NCBI GenBank assembly: GCA_002720855.1
Contig: PBIN01000014.1
Coordinates: forward strand, 393,619 to 457,618
DNA: 64,000 bases
Reading direction: 5' to 3'
From: Rhodospirillaceae bacterium
GTDB taxonomy: Bacteria > Pseudomonadota > Alphaproteobacteria > MPNO01 > UBA2964
Numbering within the stretch: position 1 is the first letter of the stretch; every line of letters starts with the position of its first letter. This document shows positions 41,075 through 49,991 of the stretch, one piece after another. The notes beneath the pieces were generated by a model that searched no databases, had not been told where the DNA came from, and worked only from the letters and a program-made list of their open reading frames with translations. Position numbers and translations under genes: made by a program.

Positions 41075-41854
41075 TCAACGCTGCAAATATTGTCGATAAA
41101 GATCGAAAATTTGCTGCCAGTCTGTATCAGACTCCTTTTCAGCAAATATATCACGATCGGGTAAAGCGTATCCGTGTTCGACATTCGAATGCATATTGGC
41201 TCGATAGTCTATAGCAGAGGTTTTCAGGGCACTCTCAAGCATCTGTACCATATCCGGCGGTGACAGGTGGTCGAGTTCTGCCCAGCCGCAATAGAGCCCG
41301 CCTCGCATTTTATCGATGAGCAGATGCGGGGAATCCGGTTGGTCGGATATCGGCCGGCTGGCATGAAGCGTTGCCGTTGCCTGAAAGCGATCAGGAAACT
41401 CACCGGCTGTCTTCAAACCGATCCACCCTCCCATACACCAGCCAATGGAACCGATTGGCCCGGATCGGGCGTCATCCTGGTTGTCGACAAAATCGATCAG
41501 CGCGCCCACGTCCGACAAAATCATTTCAGTAGACAGCTTGCTGCGTTGCTCGTGCACGATCTTCTCCCGTTCTTCATCCAGCTTGTGCAGAGAGATCATC
41601 CGCCCGTTGTCGTCCCAGAACACGTTGGCGACGTCGCCTTGCCGATAGTAAAGATTGGGCAAAATTGCAAAGTATCCTTGTTCCGCGATGCGTCTTGCGA
41701 TTCCACAAAGCTCTTCGCGTACGCCCCAAATATCCATGAATAAAATTACCGCAGGATGTGGACCACCACTGTTTGGATGCGCCACGAAACTTCGCATCTG
41801 TCCTTCATTCGTAGGGACGTAATCCCATGTTTCATCTACTTCAAATTCGGGCAT
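41075..41854 (-). CDS. dienelactone hydrolase family protein
   Basis: HPAVILFMDIWG and a nucleophile region GSIGWCMGG (Cys-type DLH). Confidence 0.75.
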   Translation of the reverse strand: MPEFEVDETWDYVPTNEGQMRSFVAHPNSGGPHPAVILFMDIWGVREELCGIARRIAEQGYFAILPNLYYRQGDVANVFWDDNGRMISLHKLDEEREKIVHEQRSKLSTEMILSDVGALIDFVDNQDDARSGPIGSIGWCMGGWIGLKTAGEFPDRFQATATLHASRPISDQPDSPHLLIDKMRGGLYCGWAELDHLSPPDMVQMLESALKTSAIDYRANMHSNVEHGYALPDRDIFAEKESDTDWQQIFDLYRQYLQR

Positions 41855-41992
41855 TGCAGCATTTCTCTGTCTTAAAATTCGATCCGTTGGAAAATAGAGT
41901 AACAGCTATCGCATGAAGCATATATCCGCAGCTTGCTTGACCGTTTGCTGAGAAGGCCATAAATCTCGATAGATATATGACGGGGGCAAAAA

Positions 41993-44305
41993 TTGTCAGA
42001 CAGGAAAAAATTTTCTTCCGGTGGACATTGGGGCGTATTCGACGTCACGCAAAATAACGACGGCATTTTAGTCGCTGAACCGCATGCGCGTGACCCAAAC
42101 CCGACACCGTTAATTGACTCGGCAGTCGCTGCTAGTCAAAACACGGCAAGCCGGGTGCTTGCGCCGATGGTGCGGAAGACCTGGCTGGAAAGTGGCCCAA
42201 CGGGGAACGGTGCTGGTCGAGGTGCCGAGCCGTTCGTAAAGGTTTCCTGGGATCAGGCGACGGAACTCGTTGCAAACGAACTTTCGCGCATCTACGAAAA
42301 TTTCGGCCCTGAGGCGATTTACGCCGGCTCGTACGGCTGGGCGAGTGCTGGCAAGTTGCATCAGGCGCAGGGAGTTTTGAAACGGTTCCTGGGCCTCGCA
42401 GGAGGGTTTACCAATTCTGTCGGGAACTATTCCAACGGGGCTGCAAGCGTTCTAATGCCTCATATTTTGGGGTCCGGCCAGTCGATCAACGGCCCATTGA
42501 CGAGCTGGCAGTCAATTGCGGAAAACTCGGACCTGCTTTTATCTTTTGGGGGAGTCCCGCTCAAGAACACGCAGATTAATTATGGCGGACTGCCCGAACA
42601 CGATGATGTCGATTGGCAGAAAAAACTATCTGCAGCAAAACTCAAAATCGTTTGTGTAAGCCCGGTCCGCGAAGACTCCGCTGGACTGTCGGGTTCAGAG
42701 TGGATCGGTATTAGGCCGAATACAGATACCGCATTAATGCTCGGCCTCGCTTTTGAAATCTATCAGTCTGGAAGTCACGATTCTGACTTTCTCAACCGAT
42801 ATTGCACGGGATTCGAAAAATTTTGTTGCTATCTAACTGGTGAGTTGGATGGTCAGCCAAAGGATTGTGACTGGGCATCTGAAATCTGTGAAATTCCTGC
42901 CGAGAGGATTAAAGCGTTAGCTGAAAAAATGTCCGTTGGCCGAACGATGATTACGGCCTGTTGGTCGCTTCAACGTTCAGACCACGGCGAACAGCCTTAC
43001 TGGATGGCGGTAACGCTGGCAGCGATGCTGGGGCAAATCGGATTGCCGGGCGGCGGTATGGGGTTTGGTTATGGTTGCCTTGGCGGTATCGGGACACCCA
43101 GAACGCGAGCGGCGGGTCCAGCGTTTTCAGTCGGTCAGAATCCCAGCGAGTCTTACATTCCGGTAGCCCGTATAACGGATATGTTGCTCAATCCAGGCGC
43201 GGACTATGCTTATAACGGTGAAAATCTGGCCTACCCCGATATCCACGCCATTTACTGGTGCGGTGGCAATCCGTTTCATCATCATCAGAACATAAACCGG
43301 CTGCTTGAGGGGTGGCGTCGCATCGATACGGTAATTGTGCATGAACCGTTTTGGACGTCTGCGGCACGTCACGCTGACATAGTGTTGCCAACCACCACGA
43401 CGTTGGAACGAAATGATATCGGTGTCGCCTCGGTTCCGGCGATGTGGTTTGCCATTCAAAAGGCTATGGAACCGCTCGGCGAAGCCCGAAACGATTATGA
43501 TATTTTCTCCGAAATTGCCGGGCATCTAGGTTTCCGCGAAGAGTATACCGAAAATCGGAATGAGATGGATTGGCTCCGTCATATGTACGATGTTGCCCGC
43601 CAGAAAAACGCAGAAACCGGCATCGAGATGCCAGACTTCGACAAGTTTTGGGAAATAGGTGCGTTCGAGTTCGAGCGTCCGGAACGTCCTGTCGTATTGA
43701 TGGAGAGTTTCCGGAATGATCCGGATGCTAAGCCGCTGAAGACGCCTTCCGGGAAAATTGAGATTTTTTCCGAAACGATTGATGGATTCGGTTACGACGA
43801 CTGTCCTGGCCATCCAGTTTGGCTCGAACCAACAGAATGGCTGGGTAGTGAAAAAGCGGCGCAATATCCATTGCACTTAATTTCTAACCAGCCCAGCACA
43901 CGCTTGCATAGCCAACTCGACACCGGCCCATTAAGTGTCCAGTCGAAGATCGCCGGGCGCGAACCGATTTTTATGAATGAGGCGGACGCCGCCGACCGCA
44001 ATCTGATCGCGGGCGATATCGTTCGGGTTTTCAATGATCGTGGTGCCTGTCTCGCAGGTCTCGTTATTTCCGACGGCCTGCGGCCTGGCGTTGTTCAGCT
44101 TGCGACCGGTGCCTGGTACGATCCGCTTGAACCCGGCGTCGCAGATACGTTGGATCGCCATGGTAATCCCAACATGCTGACGACTGACAAAGGTACCTCA
44201 CAACTGGCACAGGCACCCGCATCGCAAACCGCATTGGTCGAGATTGAGCGCTATGACAGTGAGCTGCCCGAAATCACTGTGCATTCGCCACCACCAACCG
44301 TGTGA
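41993..44305 (+). CDS. cytoplasmic Mo-bisPGD oxidoreductase, BisC/TorZ-like S-/N-oxide reductase
   Basis: 770 aa. The N-terminus has no twin-arginine signal and no Fe-S cysteine cluster. A BisC-like GHWG motif and DMSO-reductase-family motifs are present. Confidence 0.8.
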   Translation: MSDRKKFSSGGHWGVFDVTQNNDGILVAEPHARDPNPTPLIDSAVAASQNTASRVLAPMVRKTWLESGPTGNGAGRGAEPFVKVSWDQATELVANELSRIYENFGPEAIYAGSYGWASAGKLHQAQGVLKRFLGLAGGFTNSVGNYSNGAASVLMPHILGSGQSINGPLTSWQSIAENSDLLLSFGGVPLKNTQINYGGLPEHDDVDWQKKLSAAKLKIVCVSPVREDSAGLSGSEWIGIRPNTDTALMLGLAFEIYQSGSHDSDFLNRYCTGFEKFCCYLTGELDGQPKDCDWASEICEIPAERIKALAEKMSVGRTMITACWSLQRSDHGEQPYWMAVTLAAMLGQIGLPGGGMGFGYGCLGGIGTPRTRAAGPAFSVGQNPSESYIPVARITDMLLNPGADYAYNGENLAYPDIHAIYWCGGNPFHHHQNINRLLEGWRRIDTVIVHEPFWTSAARHADIVLPTTTTLERNDIGVASVPAMWFAIQKAMEPLGEARNDYDIFSEIAGHLGFREEYTENRNEMDWLRHMYDVARQKNAETGIEMPDFDKFWEIGAFEFERPERPVVLMESFRNDPDAKPLKTPSGKIEIFSETIDGFGYDDCPGHPVWLEPTEWLGSEKAAQYPLHLISNQPSTRLHSQLDTGPLSVQSKIAGREPIFMNEADAADRNLIAGDIVRVFNDRGACLAGLVISDGLRPGVVQLATGAWYDPLEPGVADTLDRHGNPNMLTTDKGTSQLAQAPASQTALVEIERYDSELPEITVHSPPPTV

Positions 44306-44314
44306 CCCCTGACC

Positions 44315-44902
44315 ATGCGGGTGTTGTTGGTTTACGCACATCCATTGCGGGATAGTCTCAACGCGAAAATTAAAGAGGTGGCGGAAGCAGGTCTCGCAAC
44401 GGCAGGCCACGATGTTGACGTGATCGATCTGTATGAAGATGAATTCGATCCGGTTCTCTCGCATAACGAACGGAGAACTTATTTCGAGCCCAAATTTGAA
44501 CGAGAAAATCTTGCGGAAGATTATGCACAGAGACTGATGGATAGCGATGGGTTGGTGTTCGTGTTTCCCACTTGGTCCATGGGGCCTCCTGCCATACTCA
44601 AAGGGTTTTTTGACAGGGTTTTTGGACCGGATGTTTCGTTCCGTATTGACGACAATGGCACCCTACATCCGAACTTGCGTCACATTGTCAAAGCGGCTGC
44701 AATCGTAACTTATGGGCGGGAACGTCCAATTCTTTGGTGGTTCGGCGATCCACCCAGACGCATGATCAAACGATGGTTGAAGTGGTTCCTGGCCCCAAAA
44801 GCGCGCGTTCTATTTCTCGGTCTTTACAAACTTCATAAACCGGATGATGCAAAGACAGACAAGTTCCTGAGTAAGGTTCGTCGCACCATGGCGAACTTCT
44901 GA
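44315..44902 (+). CDS. flavodoxin-like-fold NAD(P)H-dependent oxidoreductase (NQO1/KefF/MdaB-like)
   Basis: MRVLLVYAHPLRDSLN... (Flavodoxin_2 type). It starts 10 nt after the Mo-enzyme stop. Confidence 0.75.
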   Translation: MRVLLVYAHPLRDSLNAKIKEVAEAGLATAGHDVDVIDLYEDEFDPVLSHNERRTYFEPKFERENLAEDYAQRLMDSDGLVFVFPTWSMGPPAILKGFFDRVFGPDVSFRIDDNGTLHPNLRHIVKAAAIVTYGRERPILWWFGDPPRRMIKRWLKWFLAPKARVLFLGLYKLHKPDDAKTDKFLSKVRRTMANF

Positions 44903-44943
44903 GTTAAAGCGACATTATGATTAAGCGCTTGACGAAAGCGGCC

Positions 44944-45471
44944 CTAAATTCTGGTAGAAAGCCAAATAGCTAGCCGCGATCCGGCTTTGACAGCTCCCGT
45001 TAGCAGCTCATAACCAGGCGCTTCTTCAGCACCTTCTTCAACAGCTTTATCGCGATGGGCAAGTTCTTCAGCGCGAAACTGTTCAATCGTGTCACGGAGG
45101 TCTTTTTCATCGTCGCCGAGGCGCGCGGCCTGATCGGCGTAATGCTCGTCGATCACCTCTTCGACCGCTTGGGTACAGGCCATAGCCGCCTTTGTGCCCA
45201 GGAGCGCTGTTCCGGCACCCAGTGCGAAGCCGGCAACATGCCAAACTGGTGCAAGAGCCGTAGGCCGTACCTTTCGTTCGGCAATTATGGCGTCGAAAGT
45301 CTCGAGGTGATGTTGTTCCTCCGCAGCCATTTCCCGAATGGAGTCCTCAGCATCTGTTCCTGCAAGAACAGCCAGTTGGCCTTCGTAAATTCGTACGGCG
45401 CCGTGTTCTCCGGCATGATCGACACGGATCATAGAGTCAACCAGCTGCTTCCGGGTTGGATCGCCGGGCAT
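44944..45471 (-). CDS. coq7: demethoxyubiquinone hydroxylase (Coq7 family)
   Basis: Di-iron motifs DHAGEHGA...E.QH and EELAH. The start is assumed at MPGDP; the ORF is open to 45570. Confidence 0.75.
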   Translation of the reverse strand: MPGDPTRKQLVDSMIRVDHAGEHGAVRIYEGQLAVLAGTDAEDSIREMAAEEQHHLETFDAIIAERKVRPTALAPVWHVAGFALGAGTALLGTKAAMACTQAVEEVIDEHYADQAARLGDDEKDLRDTIEQFRAEELAHRDKAVEEGAEEAPGYELLTGAVKAGSRLAIWLSTRI

Positions 45472-45524
45472 GCGCCCTTCGCCAGTAATTTCGGGTTTGG
45501 AAGATTTAGACCGCTTGGCCAATT

Positions 45525-46040
45525 CTATCTCCTGCCTCTTTCTGCACCAGCCAGTGACGATATAGCGCAAAATATTGCGAGGGCAATGGATATTAAAAAG
45601 TTATATCCAGCCAGTGAAATACCAAACAATGACCATGCCACTTCGTCGCAACGAATAACGGGTTGTGCCATAAGCTGGCGTTTTAGATCTTCCACCGTGT
45701 CACTGGAAATCGTTCCTGAGCAGGCGGTGGGTCCCGCAAACCAACCGTATTCCACGCCTGCGTGGTAGCCGCCGATACCCGCAGTAATCGCGAAGGCGAT
45801 GGCGATTGCCGCCAACAGGATACGCCGCAATGGCGGTGCTGTGATTGGCAGGATCGCTACTATTCCGAGAACGAGTGCCACCCCGTGTGGCCAGCGTTGC
45901 GTCACGCACAGACTACAGGGAGCCATTCCACCCCAATATTGCATCAAAAACACTGTGATTAAGAGGCCGGCCGCGGATAAAGCAGCGATACTAAGCGCAT
46001 ATTTGTGACTGAAGAGCGGGGATGTAGAAAGCGCGTTCAT
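45525..46040 (-). CDS. dsbB: disulfide bond formation protein B
   Basis: Four TM helices with the periplasmic CSLC pair and a second Cys pair; 171 aa. Confidence 0.7.
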   Translation of the reverse strand: MNALSTSPLFSHKYALSIAALSAAGLLITVFLMQYWGGMAPCSLCVTQRWPHGVALVLGIVAILPITAPPLRRILLAAIAIAFAITAGIGGYHAGVEYGWFAGPTACSGTISSDTVEDLKRQLMAQPVIRCDEVAWSLFGISLAGYNFLISIALAIFCAISSLAGAERGRR

Positions 46041-46088
46041 AGCCGAGATATGTTGCGCCGGAGGTTGCAGGTCAAGAAAAACTACACG

Positions 46089-46670
46089 TCACAACAGGTA
46101 CTTGAGGACGATGAATCCGCCGACAAGCAGAATAATAAATATGGTAAAAACCAGTCCCAAGCGTTTTTCAATAAACTCTTTGATCGGTGGTCCGAGCCAG
46201 AATAAAAGCGCTGCGACGACAAAAAACCTTATGCCGCGGGCAAGCACCGATGCTGTGGTAAATGTTGTTAAGTCGAGCTGCGTGACACCGCTGGCGATCG
46301 TGATCACCTTGTATGGGAAGGGCGATACACCGGCGATAAATACGATCCAGGCACCCAATTCGTTATAGCGCTGTTGGAATTCGGTGAATTTGGCACCATA
46401 CCCATAAAATTCCAAAAGGGGGCGCCCGATTCCGTCATAGAGGAAGTAACCAATGGCGTATCCGGCAAGGCCTCCTAGTACGGATGCGGCAGTGCACGCC
46501 ATAGCGAGTCCAAGCCAGCGGCTGCGCGCTGCCAGCACCATCGGAATAAGCAGAACATCCGGCGGAATTGGGAAGATCGAACTTTCGATAAAAGAAAAGA
46601 ATACGAGAGCCCAAACGGCGTTTGGGCGGGCCGAAAATGACATCACCCAATCATAGGTGCGCTGCAACAA
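46089..46670 (-). CDS. DedA/YqaA-family membrane protein
   Basis: VTT-domain pattern F.ESS.FPIPPDVLL. Confidence 0.7.
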   Translation of the reverse strand: MLQRTYDWVMSFSARPNAVWALVFFSFIESSIFPIPPDVLLIPMVLAARSRWLGLAMACTAASVLGGLAGYAIGYFLYDGIGRPLLEFYGYGAKFTEFQQRYNELGAWIVFIAGVSPFPYKVITIASGVTQLDLTTFTTASVLARGIRFFVVAALLFWLGPPIKEFIEKRLGLVFTIFIILLVGGFIVLKYLL

Positions 46671-46822
46671 TTTGGGTCTCCCTGCGGGACGAAAGCATTC
46701 TGTTTGGAATGGTTGTTAACAGCGGAATAACAAAGGGGCAAGTGCATGTTGACCCATGAATTGCGCCCGCTATGATCCCCCCTCGTCTAACTGAAGGTGC
46801 CGAATTCGGGTGCCAAACAGGG

Positions 46823-46909
46823 GCCCCTGTGGCGGAACTGGTAGACGCGCTGGATTCAAAATCCAGTTCCCGTAAGGGAGTGGGAGTTCGATTCTCCCCG
46901 GGGGCACCA
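46823..46909 (+). tRNA. tRNA-Leu, anticodon CAA
   Basis: 87-nt cloverleaf with acceptor stem GCCCCTG/CGGGGGC. Anticodon stem CTGGA/TCCAG with loop TTCAAAA, a long variable arm, the T-arm GGGAGTTCGATTCTCCC, and an encoded CCA. Confidence 0.85.
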
Positions 46910-46925
46910 CTCTTTTAAATTCAGA

Positions 46926-47612
46926 TCAATCTATGCGGACGAGAACACGACCATCGAGAGCGGTGAAACCTATATAGGTGAATTGGGTTCCTGACTTCTC
47001 GCAGAATTCCATCCAAGCCTTATGTTCGTGGAGCTTCCAGCTCGGATAGTTAAAATATTCGTCGAACAGGATCATTGTACCCGGCTGAAATCGGGAGCCG
47101 ATATTTTCGAGAATGGTGACGGTTGAACTGTATAGATCGCAGTCGATATGTACGAAGCTAACTGGCCCGGCATTCTGCTCCATAAAAGGCGGCAATGTAT
47201 CGTCAAACAGACCCGGAATGAGCGTCGCGTTTTGTGGAACTTTAGGCAGTCCCTTTTGCTTGAATGCCCCGGTTGTTTCGACGTGCCCCGACCAGTCGTC
47301 CGGTAATCCCTCAAAACTATCAAAGCCATAAACGGTTTTTCCATTGGGCACCCCGGACGCGATTTCACCCATTGTATTTCCGGTTGCGACACCAAATTCA
47401 AGAAACAGCCCATCGGGTGCAGAATTTTTTATGGCGAAAAGTATTATGTCCCTGTGGGCTGAAAATATCTGTGCCTCAGGCATTTCCGCCTGCACGAAAT
47501 CAGCGGCTTCTGAACGGGCGCGCAGTTGCAATTCATAGAGTAGATTGCGCGCATAGAACTTGTAAAAAAACCTGTCCAGAAGGCGTTGGGCGATGTTTCT
47601 TTTGGCCTTCAC
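46926..47612 (-). CDS. TylF/MycF-like class I SAM-dependent O-methyltransferase
   Basis: Macrocin-O-methyltransferase-like motifs (EFGVATGNT...GFDSFEGLP...HIDCDLYSST). Confidence 0.65.
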   Translation of the reverse strand: MKAKRNIAQRLLDRFFYKFYARNLLYELQLRARSEAADFVQAEMPEAQIFSAHRDIILFAIKNSAPDGLFLEFGVATGNTMGEIASGVPNGKTVYGFDSFEGLPDDWSGHVETTGAFKQKGLPKVPQNATLIPGLFDDTLPPFMEQNAGPVSFVHIDCDLYSSTVTILENIGSRFQPGTMILFDEYFNYPSWKLHEHKAWMEFCEKSGTQFTYIGFTALDGRVLVRID

Positions 47613-47785
47613 GTTTTAATTTCCCGGGAACTGAATTATGTCTGTTCAACATACCGAACCTGATTCACCGGCACTAGCCCCTTTATAAATTGCAGTTTGC
47701 CGAAATAAATTCTGTGTCACATGTGGGGGCTGATTCTGACACAATGCGATCAGGGTACTGGATTTGAGATTTACAGGAGCGATCT

Positions 47786-48562
47786 TTGTCAGGTGAAAAA
47801 CTGTCTTTGCTGATTGTTGCCCACAATGAGGAAGAGCAAATCGCTGCCTGTATTGAAAGCGGCCGGTTTGCTGATGAGATCGTTGTCTTGCTTGATCGCT
47901 CAACCGATCAAACAGGTGCCATCGCTACAGAACAGGGGGCGAAAATCGAAACAGGCGCCTGGCCCGATGAAGGGGAACGCCGGAGTGCTGGCATTGCGGC
48001 CTGTACCGGTGACTGGATATTGGAGCTCGATTGCGACGAGCGCATTACGCCTGAACTTGCGGAAGAAATCTCCGAAACTCTGCCATCAACATCGGCGGAC
48101 TATTTTGTCATTTCGTTCCGGAATTATGTTGGTGGTAAATACGTTCAGCACGGCTGGGGTGCCTATAATGGCGTCGGCGGTAAAGCAGCTTTGTTTCGGT
48201 GCGACAAAAAGCAGTGGCATGGCGGCACAGTACATCCAAAAATAACGCTCATCGGACAACGAGCCGAGATGACGGCCGCCATCGATCATTATGTTGATGA
48301 AGATCTGACAGCGATGTTTTCCCGATTGAACAGTTATAGCTCCGCAGCAGCTGCGGATGCCGTGGCATCGAATGTGATACCGGGCAGACTATCTACTTTC
48401 AGAAGGTTCTTTAGCCGGTTTCTCCAGAGCTACGTTGGCAAGAAAGGTTATCGTGAAGGATATATTGGTATAGCCCTCGCGCTATTCTCAGCGATGTACC
48501 CGGTTTTCACCTATATAAAAGCGCAGGAAATTTTGCGGGCGAAGACGGTCGCCAGCCCTTAG
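47786..48562 (+). CDS. family 2 glycosyltransferase
   Basis: LSLLIVAHNEEE...DxD-containing GT-A fold. TTG start with AGGAG 7 nt upstream. Confidence 0.75.
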   Translation: MSGEKLSLLIVAHNEEEQIAACIESGRFADEIVVLLDRSTDQTGAIATEQGAKIETGAWPDEGERRSAGIAACTGDWILELDCDERITPELAEEISETLPSTSADYFVISFRNYVGGKYVQHGWGAYNGVGGKAALFRCDKKQWHGGTVHPKITLIGQRAEMTAAIDHYVDEDLTAMFSRLNSYSSAAAADAVASNVIPGRLSTFRRFFSRFLQSYVGKKGYREGYIGIALALFSAMYPVFTYIKAQEILRAKTVASP

Positions 48563-48858
48563 GCGCTGCCCTGCGGCGGGCCACCCATAACGCGGTCTTC
48601 TGCAATCGCTGCCTCAATCTCGTCGAGTAATTCGCTCATAGCAGCGTCGATATCGGCACGGTCGATGCCCTCTTCGAGCATGGCACCCAAGAGGCCTGCG
48701 GCGCCCTGCAACGCGAGTGAAAATCGCGGAAGTTCATTGGCCATTTCCCACGCCGCGGTGGCCGGCATCAACGCCATTGCGACAATATCCTGTGTTCGGC
48801 AGACCGGGCAGTCGTCGCTCATATCGTGCTGTGTAAGTTTTTTGATTTGATCGTCCAT
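48559..48858 (-). CDS. hypothetical protein, 99 aa, with a CPVC motif
   Basis: ORF only. It is acidic and helical. It overlaps the GT2 stop in a convergent arrangement. Confidence 0.3.
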   Translation of the reverse strand: MDDQIKKLTQHDMSDDCPVCRTQDIVAMALMPATAAWEMANELPRFSLALQGAAGLLGAMLEEGIDRADIDAAMSELLDEIEAAIAEDRVMGGPPQGSA

Positions 48859-48952
48859 TGTAGGTTCCGCATTTATATGGGTTGAATTTGAAGAGGTCGG
48901 GGCTCAAAGCAAATATTCTGCTCCGCTAAGCTGTTTAGCGTCGAATTTGGAA

Positions 48953-49378
48953 TCAAGAATCAGAAACTAAGACACCTTCCAGTTTTTCGCGAATTTCATC
49001 AGGCATCGGGGCGGGTTTCCGGGTTTCCAGATCGAAAAACACACCAACGACTTCCTGCTTGGCGATAAGGGTTCCGTTCTCCGAGTTGGTCATGCGTTGG
49101 CTAATCGTCAAGCTTTTGCCGCCAAGCTTTGTGAAGGCACTTTCAATGGTCACCAATTCTCCGGCGGCGGCTTCGTGAAGAAAGTCCGTATTTGTATTGG
49201 CAATCACGGTAACGATGCCGCTTTTCTTCAGCGTTGCGTGGCTTAGACCGACAATCGACCACAAATGAAACTCGGCGTCGTCAAACAAATGGGCGTACCA
49301 GCGGACGTTCATGTGCCCCAGAACATCACAATTCCAGGGATGAACGACTGCGCGATGTGTTTCTGTCCACTCAGACAT
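48953..49378 (-). CDS. hotdog-fold acyl-CoA thioesterase (4HBT-like)
   Basis: HPWNCDVLGHMNVRWY motif. Confidence 0.7.
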   Translation of the reverse strand: MSEWTETHRAVVHPWNCDVLGHMNVRWYAHLFDDAEFHLWSIVGLSHATLKKSGIVTVIANTNTDFLHEAAAGELVTIESAFTKLGGKSLTISQRMTNSENGTLIAKQEVVGVFFDLETRKPAPMPDEIREKLEGVLVSDS

Positions 49379-49991
49379 CGAAATTTTGACCTTTCTGAAC
49401 TCCAGGACGCTCGTTCATCATGACTGCCCAACGTTCAAGGTTTGACGATCCCTCGAGAGCTTCCGGTATGAGAACCTTCGTGCGGGCATGGATACCAAAC
49501 AGAGCGAAATCACATATCGTAATTTCGTCGCCAGCACAAAATTCTCGGTTGGAAAGAAACCCGTCCCACACCCGATAGTTTTCCTGAAGCCTGGCAATAA
49601 AGTTCTCACGCGTTGGCTCGTGTGGCTCGGCCATGCGCCCGATAAAGGAAATGGCGCCATAGGTCGGCCCAACATCTGTTGTGGCGTTCATCATTGGATC
49701 CCAAAATGCGGCGCGCTTCGCCGGGTCCGTCGGGATAAACCTTCCAACTTTTTCTGCCAGATAAAACATGATTCCAACGGATTGCGGCACGGTAATCTTC
49801 TCTCCGTCGGGGCCACCTTCATCGACAATGACGGGTGTCATTCCCATTGGGTTCATGGCGAGATACTCGGGTGTCTTGTGTTCTCCGGCCTGCATATCGA
49901 CGCGATGCAGTTCGTATTCGAGACCGCACTCATCCAATGTTACCTTTGCTCTGATTCCGTTGGTGGTAGGGGCGGCGTATAAATGAATCAT
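49371..49991 (-). CDS. glutathione S-transferase
   Basis: N-terminal thioredoxin-like GST fold (MIHLYAAPTTNGIRAKVTL...). The start is MIHLY, overlapping the upstream stop in an ATGA. Confidence 0.75.
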   Translation of the reverse strand: MIHLYAAPTTNGIRAKVTLDECGLEYELHRVDMQAGEHKTPEYLAMNPMGMTPVIVDEGGPDGEKITVPQSVGIMFYLAEKVGRFIPTDPAKRAAFWDPMMNATTDVGPTYGAISFIGRMAEPHEPTRENFIARLQENYRVWDGFLSNREFCAGDEITICDFALFGIHARTKVLIPEALEGSSNLERWAVMMNERPGVQKGQNFDV

